This document shows positions 28,785-38,185 of a stretch of DNA of 64,000 nucleotides, in pieces. This stretch comes from a virus (lineage: Duplodnaviria; Caudoviricetes), in IMG/VR virus record IMGVR_UViG_3300047160_036266, positions 192,001 to 256,000 of that record; one strand, 5' to 3'. The stretch's first letter is position 1. Each line of letters starts with the position of its first letter. The notes beneath the pieces were generated by a model. That model was not told where the DNA came from, made no database searches, and saw nothing but the letters and a program-made list of their open reading frames with translations. The position numbers and the translations under genes are program-made.

Positions 28785-29981
28785 TTACGCCCAGATGGTG
28801 CCAATGACGCCGGTGGCGTTGCGATTAGCAACGCTGTCATACCATATCACGCCATAGGCTCCTACTGAGATGTCCTCCACGGGTTGCAAATAATGATAGC
28901 CAACGGTTGCTGGAATTTGGTTGTATTCGGCTGTGGCCGTGGTCTGCGCGAAATAGGAGTTGTTGTAAGCGCTACACTCTATTACAACGGAATCGGTATA
29001 GCTCGGCGCTCCGGTTCCATCCAAGGTTAGGCCAAGTCCGACCCAGGTGCCTGTTGTTCCAAGGACGACATAGATCGTAGCGCGAGCGTTGACAGGTCGA
29101 AAGGGTGCCAGGCCGAGGACAAATTCCAGGGCGCGTGCTTTGGTGGCGTCGGCATTCTGAGCGCGCCAGGCCAACAGGCCAGTTGCGGACCAGCTTCCGG
29201 TGCCTGGGAAATTCGCCATTCGCCGTGGCATCTGGTTGTAATAATTCCACACGAATCGCTGTTTGGGGCTGTCAGCCGTGTTGGACGTGTTAGCGGCGTA
29301 AAAGGTGCCCAGGTAGCGATAGCCTTGGGTCGCTGGTCCGACCATTGGAATGCCGTCTACATATGTAATTGCCGATGAGCGGGTCGTTGCGTTGGTCCAC
29401 TGGTTTGCGCCAAGGGACAAGGTGCCGTTGCTATCCCCCACAAAAATATCGTAGCACATGCCGGCAGTAAGACCAATCACACCTAAACTGATGCTCATTT
29501 CAGTGAAATCGTACAGTTTCCACTGGCCGGTTCCCAAAGTAGGTTCCGGCATGGCGATCTGGTTCCCCATGTAAGGGGTAAAATACAAAGTTGACCCGCT
29601 CGCTGAGTCGGCACCGGGCGACCCGCTAACCAGTCCCAACCGTCCCTCGCAAATCCCAGGTCTTACGCGAGGTAGGTACGAACTAATGGCCGTTGAGAAC
29701 ACATCCTTGTTCCCACCCGAAAAATTGGTAAATGTACCGGGGCCGGCGCTGCCATCGAGGGCGTAAGTTCTAGTTAGCGTGCTGCTTGTACTGTCAACGC
29801 TGCCCACGCCTGTCTCCCAATCCCCTGCTGTCTGGTGGGCTATACAGTAGGTGAGGGTGAGAGCAGCGCCGCTGGTGTTCAGTTGCTTCCAAGGGCCTGT
29901 CGGAGCCGTGAGAGTAAAGGCACCCGTCCCGGTAGTAATGGAAGGTTGCTTGCGGCGGTCGAAGTAGACGGGATTGGGCAT
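28785..29981 (-). CDS. Tail/fibre-associated protein, paralogue 2
   Basis: Same motifs and length as neighbours. Confidence 0.75.
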   Translation of the reverse strand: MPNPVYFDRRKQPSITTGTGAFTLTAPTGPWKQLNTSGAALTLTYCIAHQTAGDWETGVGSVDSTSSTLTRTYALDGSAGPGTFTNFSGGNKDVFSTAISSYLPRVRPGICEGRLGLVSGSPGADSASGSTLYFTPYMGNQIAMPEPTLGTGQWKLYDFTEMSISLGVIGLTAGMCYDIFVGDSNGTLSLGANQWTNATTRSSAITYVDGIPMVGPATQGYRYLGTFYAANTSNTADSPKQRFVWNYYNQMPRRMANFPGTGSWSATGLLAWRAQNADATKARALEFVLGLAPFRPVNARATIYVVLGTTGTWVGLGLTLDGTGAPSYTDSVVIECSAYNNSYFAQTTATAEYNQIPATVGYHYLQPVEDISVGAYGVIWYDSVANRNATGVIGTIWA

Positions 29982-29998
29982 TTTTTCCTTTCTTTGAA

Positions 29999-31171
29999 TT
30001 AGGCCCAGATCGTACCTTGAACGCCGCCGACAAAGCGGTTGGCATAATAATCGTACCAGCCTACGGTTCCCGTGCCGACCTGGATGGCTTCTGTGGGCTG
30101 AAGGTAGTGATACCCGATAGGTGGAATTTGATTATATTCGGCAGTCATAAAACCTGACTGGTTGCCGCCACCTTCCACTGTGAACGCATCAGTGAGGCTA
30201 GGTGTCCAGTTTGCCGATGAAGCATCTAGTGTCAGCCCTAGTTCTGGGAAGGTGCCTGCGGGTGTGTTGTAGTAAATCGCCGCACGGACATTAACAGGTC
30301 GCAGCGGAGGCGTTAGGCCGATAACGAACTCAACGGCTCGTGCTTTGGTGGTATCGGTGTTTTGTCCCCGCCATGCCAGGTTGCCCACTCCGCTCCAGGT
30401 TCCGGTGGCAGGAAAGTTTCCCATTCGGCGTGGTATCGAGTTGTAGTAATTCCACACAAACCTCTGTTTGGGGTAGTCCGCCGTGGTAGTCGCAGTAACC
30501 GGGTTGATCGTACCCAGGTAGCGGTAATTACCTATCAATGGAATCCCGTCCACAAAAGTAATTGCCACCGAACGCGCTGTTGCACTGGCCCATTGTTGAG
30601 TGCTTAAACCTAAAACGCCGTTGGTATCAACGAGAGAAACGTCAAATGGGATGTTTGCAATTTGCCCGGAAATCGGAGTGCTGATTTCGGTAAAGTCATA
30701 CAGTTTCCACTGGCCGGCTCCCATACTGGCGGTTTCAGGCATGGCGACCTGAGTGCCTTGAAATGGGGTAAAGTACACTGTCGAACTACTTGTTACGTCT
30801 GTGGTGGGCGAGCCGCTTTGCAGTCCCAGGCGTCCATGACACGTCCAGGGGTTGACGCGAGGCATATAGTTTGCCAGCGGCGTGATGAAAACGTCTTTAT
30901 TGCCGCCGGAGAAATTAGTAAGATTACCCGCCCCGGCGCTGCCATCAAACACTGTACTCCGTGTGAGGGTCTGACTAAGGTTGTCCACACTGCCCAGGCC
31001 GACTTCCCAATCACTGGCGGTCTGGTGGGCAATACAATAGGGAATAGCAAGAGTCGAAGGCGTTGTATTCAGGGCCTTCCACGGGCCGACCACGGGATTA
31101 AGCGTGAAAGCGCCCTGTCCCGTGCTTGTAGACACCTGCTTGCGGCGGTCGAAGTAGATGGGATTGGGCAT
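29999..31171 (-). CDS. Tail/fibre-associated protein, paralogue 1
   Basis: Same motifs; GGAGG RBS; CTACATA at 31210-31216 (minus). Confidence 0.75.
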   Translation of the reverse strand: MPNPIYFDRRKQVSTSTGQGAFTLNPVVGPWKALNTTPSTLAIPYCIAHQTASDWEVGLGSVDNLSQTLTRSTVFDGSAGAGNLTNFSGGNKDVFITPLANYMPRVNPWTCHGRLGLQSGSPTTDVTSSSTVYFTPFQGTQVAMPETASMGAGQWKLYDFTEISTPISGQIANIPFDVSLVDTNGVLGLSTQQWASATARSVAITFVDGIPLIGNYRYLGTINPVTATTTADYPKQRFVWNYYNSIPRRMGNFPATGTWSGVGNLAWRGQNTDTTKARAVEFVIGLTPPLRPVNVRAAIYYNTPAGTFPELGLTLDASSANWTPSLTDAFTVEGGGNQSGFMTAEYNQIPPIGYHYLQPTEAIQVGTGTVGWYDYYANRFVGGVQGTIWA

Positions 31172-31257
31172 TTATACCCTCCTTTGGTCGTATAAAGCGC
31201 TCATATACCTATGTAGGTCCACCAGCCACAATTGTCGCAGGAACACTCCCTTAAACC

Positions 31258-33465
31258 ATGAATGTCATAAAACACTGCCGTAGCGGCCTGATGCTTTTCA
31301 ACAGTAACGACGCTTATATCGGCAAATCCTTTCTGGAATATGGCGAGTTCTCCCAGGGAGAAGTGGACTTATTCGAGGCGATCATCAAGCCGGGCATGAC
31401 CGTCTTGGACATCGGGGCCAATATCGGCGCTTTCTCCATTCCCTTCGCCCAGATGGTCGGGCCGCAAGGCACCGTCTTTGCCTACGAGCCACAACGCATG
31501 TGCTACTATCTCCTTTGTGCCAACGTGGCTCTGAACAACCTGACCAACGTGATCTGCCTCCAGAATGCCGTAGGCAAGGAGGGTGGTCGTATTGACGTTC
31601 CAGAGCTTGATTTCGGCAAGCCAGCTAACTTTGGTGGCCTGGAGCTTGGCAAGGATTACCCGGAGGCTCGCAGCAAATGTTCGGTGAAACTCATCAAGTT
31701 GGACGAAACGGGCTTTGCCAAGGTGGATTTCATCAAGATCGACGTGGAGGGGATGGAGCCAGATGTGTTTATGGGAGCGAGGGAACTTATCCGGCGGGAC
31801 CGCCCCTTTATCTACATGGAATGCGACCGGGGCGAGAATATGAGCCTGCTGGTCAAACTCGCCAAGGCGGCGAGTTATGACATCTATTTCCATGCCCCGC
31901 AATTGTATAATTCTGACAACTATCTCCGCAACCCTCGCAATGAATTCGGCCCGATTTCCTCCATCAACATGCTTTGCTGGCCCCAAGAGGTCGCGTTCCC
32001 CTTGGATGTGGCAAAATACCAGATGTCGCAACTCACCGATGCCTCCCAGGGGAAGGTAGCGTTCAAGAAGAATCCTGCTGAAAAGGAGGCCATCCACGAG
32101 TCCATCAACAAGAACGTCCTTGATGCCCTGCTCACCGCTGCCAACTACTATTCCGAGGCCCTGTTCGACCACGACCGCAGCCTGGCCTTTTGTAAGATGG
32201 CGGTCCAGGTCAACTCGGAGCCGTGGGGGCCGTATTATCAGGCGGGCCTAAACCTGTGCCGCAAGGGTGATTATGCCGCCGCCCTGCCCTTCTTCGACAT
32301 CGCCGCCAACAAGAACCCAGAAGACTTCAAAATAAGACTCAACCGGGCTACCGTCCTGGGCGGATTGGGGCGTTTCGAGGATGCGGTGACGGAATACCAC
32401 CAGGCTATCGCCCTTCAGCCAGCCAATGCCAGTGGCCATTACTATTTGTCCTGCTGCCTCCTGGCTATGGGGCGCTACGAGGAAAGTTGGTCCGAAGGGG
32501 AATGGCGGTTCAAAATGCCCAAGGTGCAGCAGTATACCCGGCTCCTTCCCATCGCCCCGATGTGGGATGGGAAGGCCAAACTAACGGGCAAGCGCATTCT
32601 GTTGTTCTGTGAGCAGGGAGCCGGCGACATGATCCAGCATGTGCGCTACGCCAAGGACGTGAAAGCCCTGGGTGCGCACGTCACCGTCGCCTGCCTGGGA
32701 AGCCTTATCAGGCTCCTCCAACAGTGCGAAGGCATTGACGACTTCGTACTTTTTGGCTCCGATGATCCCAATGTGCTGGATGGGAAGTATGACTATCTTT
32801 GCTCTGTAATGGACCTGCCCCGGTATTTCGGTATCAAAACCGTGGAGAACTATATCCATCCCTCTGGTGAGTCGCCCCATGAAGTTGACGAAACTACGTT
32901 CAACATCGGTATTGCCTGGGCTGGAAACGACATACACGCCCATGACTTTACCCGCTCCTGTCACCTGCATCGTTTCGAGTGCCTGCAAATCCCCGGCGTC
33001 AAACTTTACAGTTTGCAGAAGGACAAGCCCATGCGAATTTGGCAGACGGTGGGCCAGGTCAACCTGCGCGACGGCGGCGAGGGCGTGCAACTGGTGGACT
33101 ACGTTCCTGAATTCAAGGACTTTGATGACACGGCGGCGTTCATGAAGAAATTGGACATGGTAATTACGGTGGACACTGCCGTGGGACATCTCGCCGCTTG
33201 TATGGGTATTCCGACCTGGCTGGCCCTGGGCTTCTATCCCGATCCCCGGTGGCTAAAAGAAAAGACGGATACCAAGTGGTATCCGTCTATGCGGTTGTTC
33301 CGTTCGCCCAATTATACGCCCGATTGGGAAGCGGTTTTCAATAGTATCAGGTGCAACTTAGTTGTCTATCTGCACCGACAGCGAGCCGATGGCGAACTGG
33401 AAGGTATCGCCGTTGCTAACGACCTTGGCGCTGGTCAGGTTGCCCCAGAACAGGGCGTTGCCTGA
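31258..33465 (+). CDS. FkbM methyltransferase + TPR + GT9-like glycosyltransferase fusion
   Basis: LDIGANIG, IKIDVEGME; TPR helices; EQGAGDMIQ, VITVDTAVGHLA. Confidence 0.85.
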   Translation: MNVIKHCRSGLMLFNSNDAYIGKSFLEYGEFSQGEVDLFEAIIKPGMTVLDIGANIGAFSIPFAQMVGPQGTVFAYEPQRMCYYLLCANVALNNLTNVICLQNAVGKEGGRIDVPELDFGKPANFGGLELGKDYPEARSKCSVKLIKLDETGFAKVDFIKIDVEGMEPDVFMGARELIRRDRPFIYMECDRGENMSLLVKLAKAASYDIYFHAPQLYNSDNYLRNPRNEFGPISSINMLCWPQEVAFPLDVAKYQMSQLTDASQGKVAFKKNPAEKEAIHESINKNVLDALLTAANYYSEALFDHDRSLAFCKMAVQVNSEPWGPYYQAGLNLCRKGDYAAALPFFDIAANKNPEDFKIRLNRATVLGGLGRFEDAVTEYHQAIALQPANASGHYYLSCCLLAMGRYEESWSEGEWRFKMPKVQQYTRLLPIAPMWDGKAKLTGKRILLFCEQGAGDMIQHVRYAKDVKALGAHVTVACLGSLIRLLQQCEGIDDFVLFGSDDPNVLDGKYDYLCSVMDLPRYFGIKTVENYIHPSGESPHEVDETTFNIGIAWAGNDIHAHDFTRSCHLHRFECLQIPGVKLYSLQKDKPMRIWQTVGQVNLRDGGEGVQLVDYVPEFKDFDDTAAFMKKLDMVITVDTAVGHLAACMGIPTWLALGFYPDPRWLKEKTDTKWYPSMRLFRSPNYTPDWEAVFNSIRCNLVVYLHRQRADGELEGIAVANDLGAGQVAPEQGVA

Positions 33466-33810
33466 AGCCGTTGTTGCCGAGTCGCAGATGACCACCGCCT
33501 GGACCGTGCCCCAATCCGCCGTTGCCGTGGGGAAGGTGATGGCGGCGACGTTGCTGGTCGTGCCGTTGGTGCCAGAACTCGCGCCTGACGTGGTGCCGTT
33601 GGTGGAATACCAGTTGGCCGTCGTGGCGACAACTGCCTGCCGTGCATACGCTCCACCCGTGATTTCGCTCATGGTTGTACCCGTGGCTGTATCGCCAAGC
33701 GCCGCCGACGACGATAGGGCGACATACAGGGTGGTCGAAACCGGGTAGGCCAAACCACGGAACAAGTGGTCAATCATCTTGTTTTCCAAATAGTCACTCA
33801 TGTTTGCCAT
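33358..33810 (-). CDS. Phage tail-fibre-type structural protein
   Basis: MSDYLENKMIDHLFRG..LYVALS..YARQAV..FPTATADWGTV..GNALFWG..GDTFQF; GAGGAG RBS. Confidence 0.8.
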   Translation of the reverse strand: MANMSDYLENKMIDHLFRGLAYPVSTTLYVALSSSAALGDTATGTTMSEITGGAYARQAVVATTANWYSTNGTTSGASSGTNGTTSNVAAITFPTATADWGTVQAVVICDSATTASGNALFWGNLTSAKVVSNGDTFQFAIGSLSVQIDN

Positions 33811-33901
33811 AACAAGTCTCCTCAAAAAAGGGTGATAGAGGTAGTTATCCCGGTGGCTCCATTTTTCGCAGAGAAATATATGGACATTGCTACATAAGTG
33901 T

Positions 33902-34237
33902 ATGGACAAATCACATACAACCAAGGACATCGTGGTGCGCCTGAAGCCGGCGCTGCACGCTAAGCTCCGTGCCAAGTGCGAGGCCAATTACAAAACCATT
34001 TCGGAAGTGGTCCGGGATTTTATCGTGCATTTCGTTAAGGACCAGGGAACTGTGCATTCGGCCACTGCTGCCGTTCAGACGAAGTTCTCGTGCGCTTCTG
34101 AAGGAAACAGGGTGGTAGATGCTGCTGGAACGCTGGTGCCTCATCAGGGAGGTAGCATTAAGGCAGACCCGGTGGAAAAGAGGATCGTCGGGGCATCGGC
34201 AGTATTAAGGCCAATTCGGCGTCAAGGGAATATATAA
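33902..34237 (+). CDS. Ribbon-helix-helix DNA-binding protein
   Basis: IVVRLKPALHAKLRAKC..TISEVVRDFI; CTACATA 5 nt upstream. Confidence 0.65.
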   Translation: MDKSHTTKDIVVRLKPALHAKLRAKCEANYKTISEVVRDFIVHFVKDQGTVHSATAAVQTKFSCASEGNRVVDAAGTLVPHQGGSIKADPVEKRIVGASAVLRPIRRQGNI

Positions 34238-34241
34238 CTAC

Positions 34242-34673
34242 ATGAGCGGCAAGGGTTCTGGCTTCAGCAGCGATTTGTTGAAACTTATTTTCAACGGCAC
34301 TCCGATCAGCGGCATTGCCGAAAATGCGTCTACGCCGCTGACGGTTTATTATGTGAGCTTGCACACTGCCTCGCCGGGTGTTTACGGCAATCAGTCCACA
34401 TCGGAGGCAACTTATCCGGGCTATGGTCGGGTGCCGGTGCCACGGGATGCGACTCACTGGACGGTCAGTGGTGATGTTGTGTCGCCTGTCAATCCCATTC
34501 AGTTCCCGGCGGCGACGGGCGGGTATGAAACAGAGACTTTCTTTGCGGTGGGGACGGACCCGTTCCCGGTTGCCGGCAGGCTTTTATATTTCGGTCCTAT
34601 CAATCCCAATCTGGGCGTAAGCGAGGGCGTCACGCCTCAACTGCGAAATGTTTCAACGATTACTGAGTGCTAG
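34242..34673 (+). CDS. Phage tail-fibre-type structural protein (second member of family)
   Basis: LLKLIFNG..YVSLHTASPG..GNQSTSEATY..YGRV..FPAATGG. Confidence 0.8.
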   Translation: MSGKGSGFSSDLLKLIFNGTPISGIAENASTPLTVYYVSLHTASPGVYGNQSTSEATYPGYGRVPVPRDATHWTVSGDVVSPVNPIQFPAATGGYETETFFAVGTDPFPVAGRLLYFGPINPNLGVSEGVTPQLRNVSTITEC

Positions 34674-35808
34674 GTTTTAGTTGCTGGAAAAGGTCTTCGA
34701 TACGCACATTCTCCAGCCCCGGCCAGATGTCGGTGTTCAGGAATATTCCGTCTGTGGCATCGCTGCCGATCATGCGATAGGTGCCTTTCCAGCGGGTCTG
34801 GATACATTTGGTGGGGATGCCGACCAGAAGAGTGTAGGTCTTGAGCCAGGTATCCGTGGAAACGGCTTCGGTGGCCCCGTTGATAAGGGCCAGCATGTCC
34901 TTGAGGGTGTGCGTAGTGCGCCGTCCCGTGTGGTCGATAACCCCTTCGGCGGTCAACCAGCGACAACTGGAGTTGTTGGGAATCTTGTAGGCTTCGTAAT
35001 CGAAGGGCGAGCCGGTGACGAGGACGAGATAGCCTTTGGCGAGGTAAAGATTGACCAGTTCGTTATATTCACTCTGGGTCAGGAACCGTTGCCGGTTAAA
35101 GTCATGTCGGCTCGATCCAGTGGGACCGATGACGACAGTGGGGCGGTTAAAGTTGCTCCTCCCGATAGTGTCGGCCCATGTTACCTGGGTGACGAGTCTG
35201 GCCTTGTACTTGTAAGGATTGACAATCCAATCGCCGTAGTCAAGGCCATCCGCCAGGTGCGCTGATACCTGCATATTTTTGAATGCTCGCATCATGTTAT
35301 AGACGTAGCTGCCGGCTTTCTGACCCATGATGTTATGGTGCAGGAAGGCTTTGACATTGAAAAGATCAAACCACTGTTTGGTGAAGTGCGGTTCGTTATG
35401 GAAGAATACCACTTTGGCGTTGGGGTTGTTATAGCACGCCGCCAGCACCAGGAGGGCATCGCCAACGCCACCGAACCCTAGATACCAGTCGCCGTCCTTG
35501 CCCAACCAGTCATGCACCTGGCGCTCGATATGGCCGGCGGCTATCTCTTCGAGTTTTTGCGCAGCTACGAACGGGGATTGGGCCAGGTCCGGTCTGGCGG
35601 AATACCGCTTCTGCCGGCCATTTCTAATCTCATGGACCGGCGCAGGTGGGAGTTGAGCCGGAGCGATGATCTTGTTCAGTTCGTAAACAGGCATACCGCT
35701 GCGAGATGGTTTTTTCGATAATGCTTCCCGTAATCGTTCCTGGTGGATGTCCCTTCTCGCCGTGCCCTTTACTACTTTTTTGTTCCGAGGGTCCATATTA
35801 TTTAGCAT
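34660..35808 (-). CDS. GT9-like (heptosyltransferase-fold) glycosyltransferase
   Basis: GFGGVGDALL and VSTDTWLKTYTLLVGIPT match GT9 spacing. Confidence 0.6.
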   Translation of the reverse strand: MLNNMDPRNKKVVKGTARRDIHQERLREALSKKPSRSGMPVYELNKIIAPAQLPPAPVHEIRNGRQKRYSARPDLAQSPFVAAQKLEEIAAGHIERQVHDWLGKDGDWYLGFGGVGDALLVLAACYNNPNAKVVFFHNEPHFTKQWFDLFNVKAFLHHNIMGQKAGSYVYNMMRAFKNMQVSAHLADGLDYGDWIVNPYKYKARLVTQVTWADTIGRSNFNRPTVVIGPTGSSRHDFNRQRFLTQSEYNELVNLYLAKGYLVLVTGSPFDYEAYKIPNNSSCRWLTAEGVIDHTGRRTTHTLKDMLALINGATEAVSTDTWLKTYTLLVGIPTKCIQTRWKGTYRMIGSDATDGIFLNTDIWPGLENVRIEDLFQQLKPSTQ

Positions 35809-36208
35809 TTCCTAATGGCGATGAGGCGCTTTGGTCCGGCGGACCTCCAGGTGTTACGCCCTGGTCAGGCATATCGCCTTCTCCCTCCGGCAGCGGCAGG
35901 AACTTGATCCTTTGGAAAATCATATTCAAGTCCTTGCGTAATTGGGCCTTGCTACTGTAACCCATACCTTCCAGCGTTTGTAATATGCGGGTAGCATTCT
36001 GAGATAGTTGCCCGCTGGCAGTTGGTTGTGCTTCGTCCGGGTGTCCAAGAGCCTGCTGCTTTTTCATCATGGCCCTCATCTTGGGGTCATCAATGGCAGA
36101 CAGACGGCTCTGGGTTCCTGTCGCGTGAAGGACACCGCCGGGTTGGCCAACCTGGGGTTGTTCTTCATTCAACTTTGTTTCACGCATCCACTGTGCGAAT
36201 TTCCTCAT
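35798..36208 (-). CDS. Hypothetical protein with capsid-targeting-like N-terminus
   Basis: MRKFAQWMRETKLNE; GGAGG RBS. Confidence 0.7.
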   Translation of the reverse strand: MRKFAQWMRETKLNEEQPQVGQPGGVLHATGTQSRLSAIDDPKMRAMMKKQQALGHPDEAQPTASGQLSQNATRILQTLEGMGYSSKAQLRKDLNMIFQRIKFLPLPEGEGDMPDQGVTPGGPPDQSASSPLGNAK

Positions 36209-37087
36209 TTATGCCTCCAAATTTGCTGGCGGTTCCATTGTTTGTTCTGGCGGTCGTGGCTGACCACGCATCTTATCCAGGTAGCCAGCGACCTTATTTA
36301 CGTTGGTCGTCTTGCCGCCACCCGATGCCTGTTCCGCCGGAAATACGGCCTTCAGCACAGCGGCCAGCATGTCCAGGGCGAACTCTTTGACCTGCGGCGT
36401 GTCCTCGCGCCAGTCATCTATATGGTAGTCTTGAGCGTATTTGTTCTTGAGAGTAATAACCGTGTTCCGCAGGTTGCTCAGCATGTGCGGGGGAAGGGGA
36501 ATGCGGTTCTTGCCGACGATCTTTTTGAGTTGATTCCAGTCGCCTGAACCCTCGTCCTCCTGGTTCATTGCTCGGCCCAATAGCCGGGTGTCCGTGGTCC
36601 GGGCGCTGCCACTGATGTCGGAGTCGGGTAGAATGAGCTTGAGAATGGTGCCCATCATTTGGATGGCGAATTTCTTGGCTGTACCGGCAGGTATATCAAC
36701 CTTGAAGTTGGCCCGGCCTTTGTTTTTGGATACCAGATTGGCAAACTGGTCCTTCGTCTTTTCAACTTCCCCGGCCATCGCGTGTTCGTAGTCGGTGGTA
36801 AGTTCGCCTCTGAGTCGATTTGCTTTGGGTTGAAGGGCCGTAACCATCCCCGTCTTCGGCGCGATACGCACCCGATCAAAAAGGTACTTCAGACGCGAGA
36901 AGTCTGAATTGGTTTCTTCGTCTTCCGGGGCTTCCGGTCGGGGCGGTCTTGGCGCACGCTCAGGCTTGGGTGGAGGAGTGGCTGGCTGCGCCTTGGGGGC
37001 GTCCATTGGATCGCCCGGCGGCATCATGGGGCTGGGAGGCGGGGCTTGTTCGTACAGTTTTCTGCGCCATTGGTTGAGCGTTATCAT
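36209..37087 (-). CDS. Pro-rich protein with internal duplicated helical domain
   Basis: MITLNQWRRKLYE; KKFAIQMMGTILKLILP vs KEFALDMLAAVLKAVFP. Confidence 0.7.
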   Translation of the reverse strand: MITLNQWRRKLYEQAPPPSPMMPPGDPMDAPKAQPATPPPKPERAPRPPRPEAPEDEETNSDFSRLKYLFDRVRIAPKTGMVTALQPKANRLRGELTTDYEHAMAGEVEKTKDQFANLVSKNKGRANFKVDIPAGTAKKFAIQMMGTILKLILPDSDISGSARTTDTRLLGRAMNQEDEGSGDWNQLKKIVGKNRIPLPPHMLSNLRNTVITLKNKYAQDYHIDDWREDTPQVKEFALDMLAAVLKAVFPAEQASGGGKTTNVNKVAGYLDKMRGQPRPPEQTMEPPANLEA

Positions 37088-37440
37088 AGTTCGTCACGGT
37101 CCTCCGGCGGTTCTGGCGTACTGCCGCCCCCAAAGGGGTCTTCCTCCGAAGTATGGATGAGCTTGCCACGCTTCTTCGGGTCCGGCACAGCGTCCGCCTG
37201 CTGTACTTTTTCAAGAACGTGCCGCACCTTGCTGTGCCATCCCGATATAACGGTCATAGGCACGCCCAATAGTTCAGACATGCCGGCTCCGTTGTTGATA
37301 ACGAGTAGGAAATCGTCCCAGAAATCCTCCCGCACGTTGATGCCGGTACGGATCGCATCCATCGCCTTCGACTCAGAGGCTTTGTTTTCTTCCTCACGGA
37401 AGTTGTGCATATTTTCCAGAAGCCTCTGGAACGAAGTCAT
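37084..37440 (-). CDS. Hypothetical protein
   Basis: MTSFQRLLE; GGAGG RBS. Confidence 0.7.
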   Translation of the reverse strand: MTSFQRLLENMHNFREEENKASESKAMDAIRTGINVREDFWDDFLLVINNGAGMSELLGVPMTVISGWHSKVRHVLEKVQQADAVPDPKKRGKLIHTSEEDPFGGGSTPEPPEDRDEL

Positions 37441-37449
37441 GGCCCCTCC

Positions 37450-37866
37450 TTACTGCACGGAAACCAGGATCAGCGTGTCCCGCACCGGGTCAGGTGGATT
37501 GGACACATACAGGTTCTTCAAGTAAACCCCCTGATGGCCGAAGGCCACAATGGTATCACCGTGGCGGTAGTAACCGTCCTTCAAGCTGGTGCCAGGTATG
37601 TTTACCTGGGTGCCGTTGGCATTGGTGACAGTACCTTCGCCTGCGTGCGGTTCGAGCCTGGAAAAGCTTTGACCAGGCATAGCGCCCGGAAGCCAGATGG
37701 TTCGGTGGAACTTCTGGTCATCGACTTCCACATAGGTGCCGCCCGAATTACCAATAGGCGTTTGCAGACGGTTGTTCGGATGATCCCACGAGGAATACTG
37801 TTGAGTCTCCAAGTTGACCGTAAAGGTATAAACGGGACCGGGTTGGCTGTTATTTATCTGTGCCAT
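37450..37866 (-). CDS. Hypothetical protein
   Basis: GGAGGAG RBS. Confidence 0.7.
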   Translation of the reverse strand: MAQINNSQPGPVYTFTVNLETQQYSSWDHPNNRLQTPIGNSGGTYVEVDDQKFHRTIWLPGAMPGQSFSRLEPHAGEGTVTNANGTQVNIPGTSLKDGYYRHGDTIVAFGHQGVYLKNLYVSNPPDPVRDTLILVSVQ

Positions 37867-37889
37867 ATATCTCCTCCATTACACCGTAT

Positions 37890-38141
37890 TTAGGGTACTA
37901 CCTTCCTTTTCTTGTCTGGTTCGGGCATTTCTTCCTCGTCTTCTTCCTCATCGCCTTCTTCCTCATCGCCCTTGACTCCGAGGAACAGTTCGTCAGGATT
38001 GAACGTACTAGGCCCATTGGGTGCTTCCCGTGCGTGGTACTTGCTATTGACGCCCTTGATGCCGAACGCGATGTTGGCGTTATTGGGGTCGTCAATTACC
38101 GGCCCCACCATCTCCTGCAACCACTGGCGGAAGGTTTTCAT
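37890..38141 (-). CDS. Small acidic protein with capsid-targeting-like N-terminus
   Basis: MKTFRQWLQE; TATATA 4 nt upstream. Confidence 0.7.
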   Translation of the reverse strand: MKTFRQWLQEMVGPVIDDPNNANIAFGIKGVNSKYHAREAPNGPSTFNPDELFLGVKGDEEEGDEEEDEEEMPEPDKKRKVVP

Positions 38142-38185
38142 GTCATATATAAGCAGCATTGGGGCAATTGTCGCTATATACCTGC

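Noticed and set aside
27535-31171. Diversity-generating retroelement acting on fibre paralogues
   Set aside because: No reverse transcriptase in the window; paralogues differ throughout, with no near-identical TR/VR pair or adenine-specific differences
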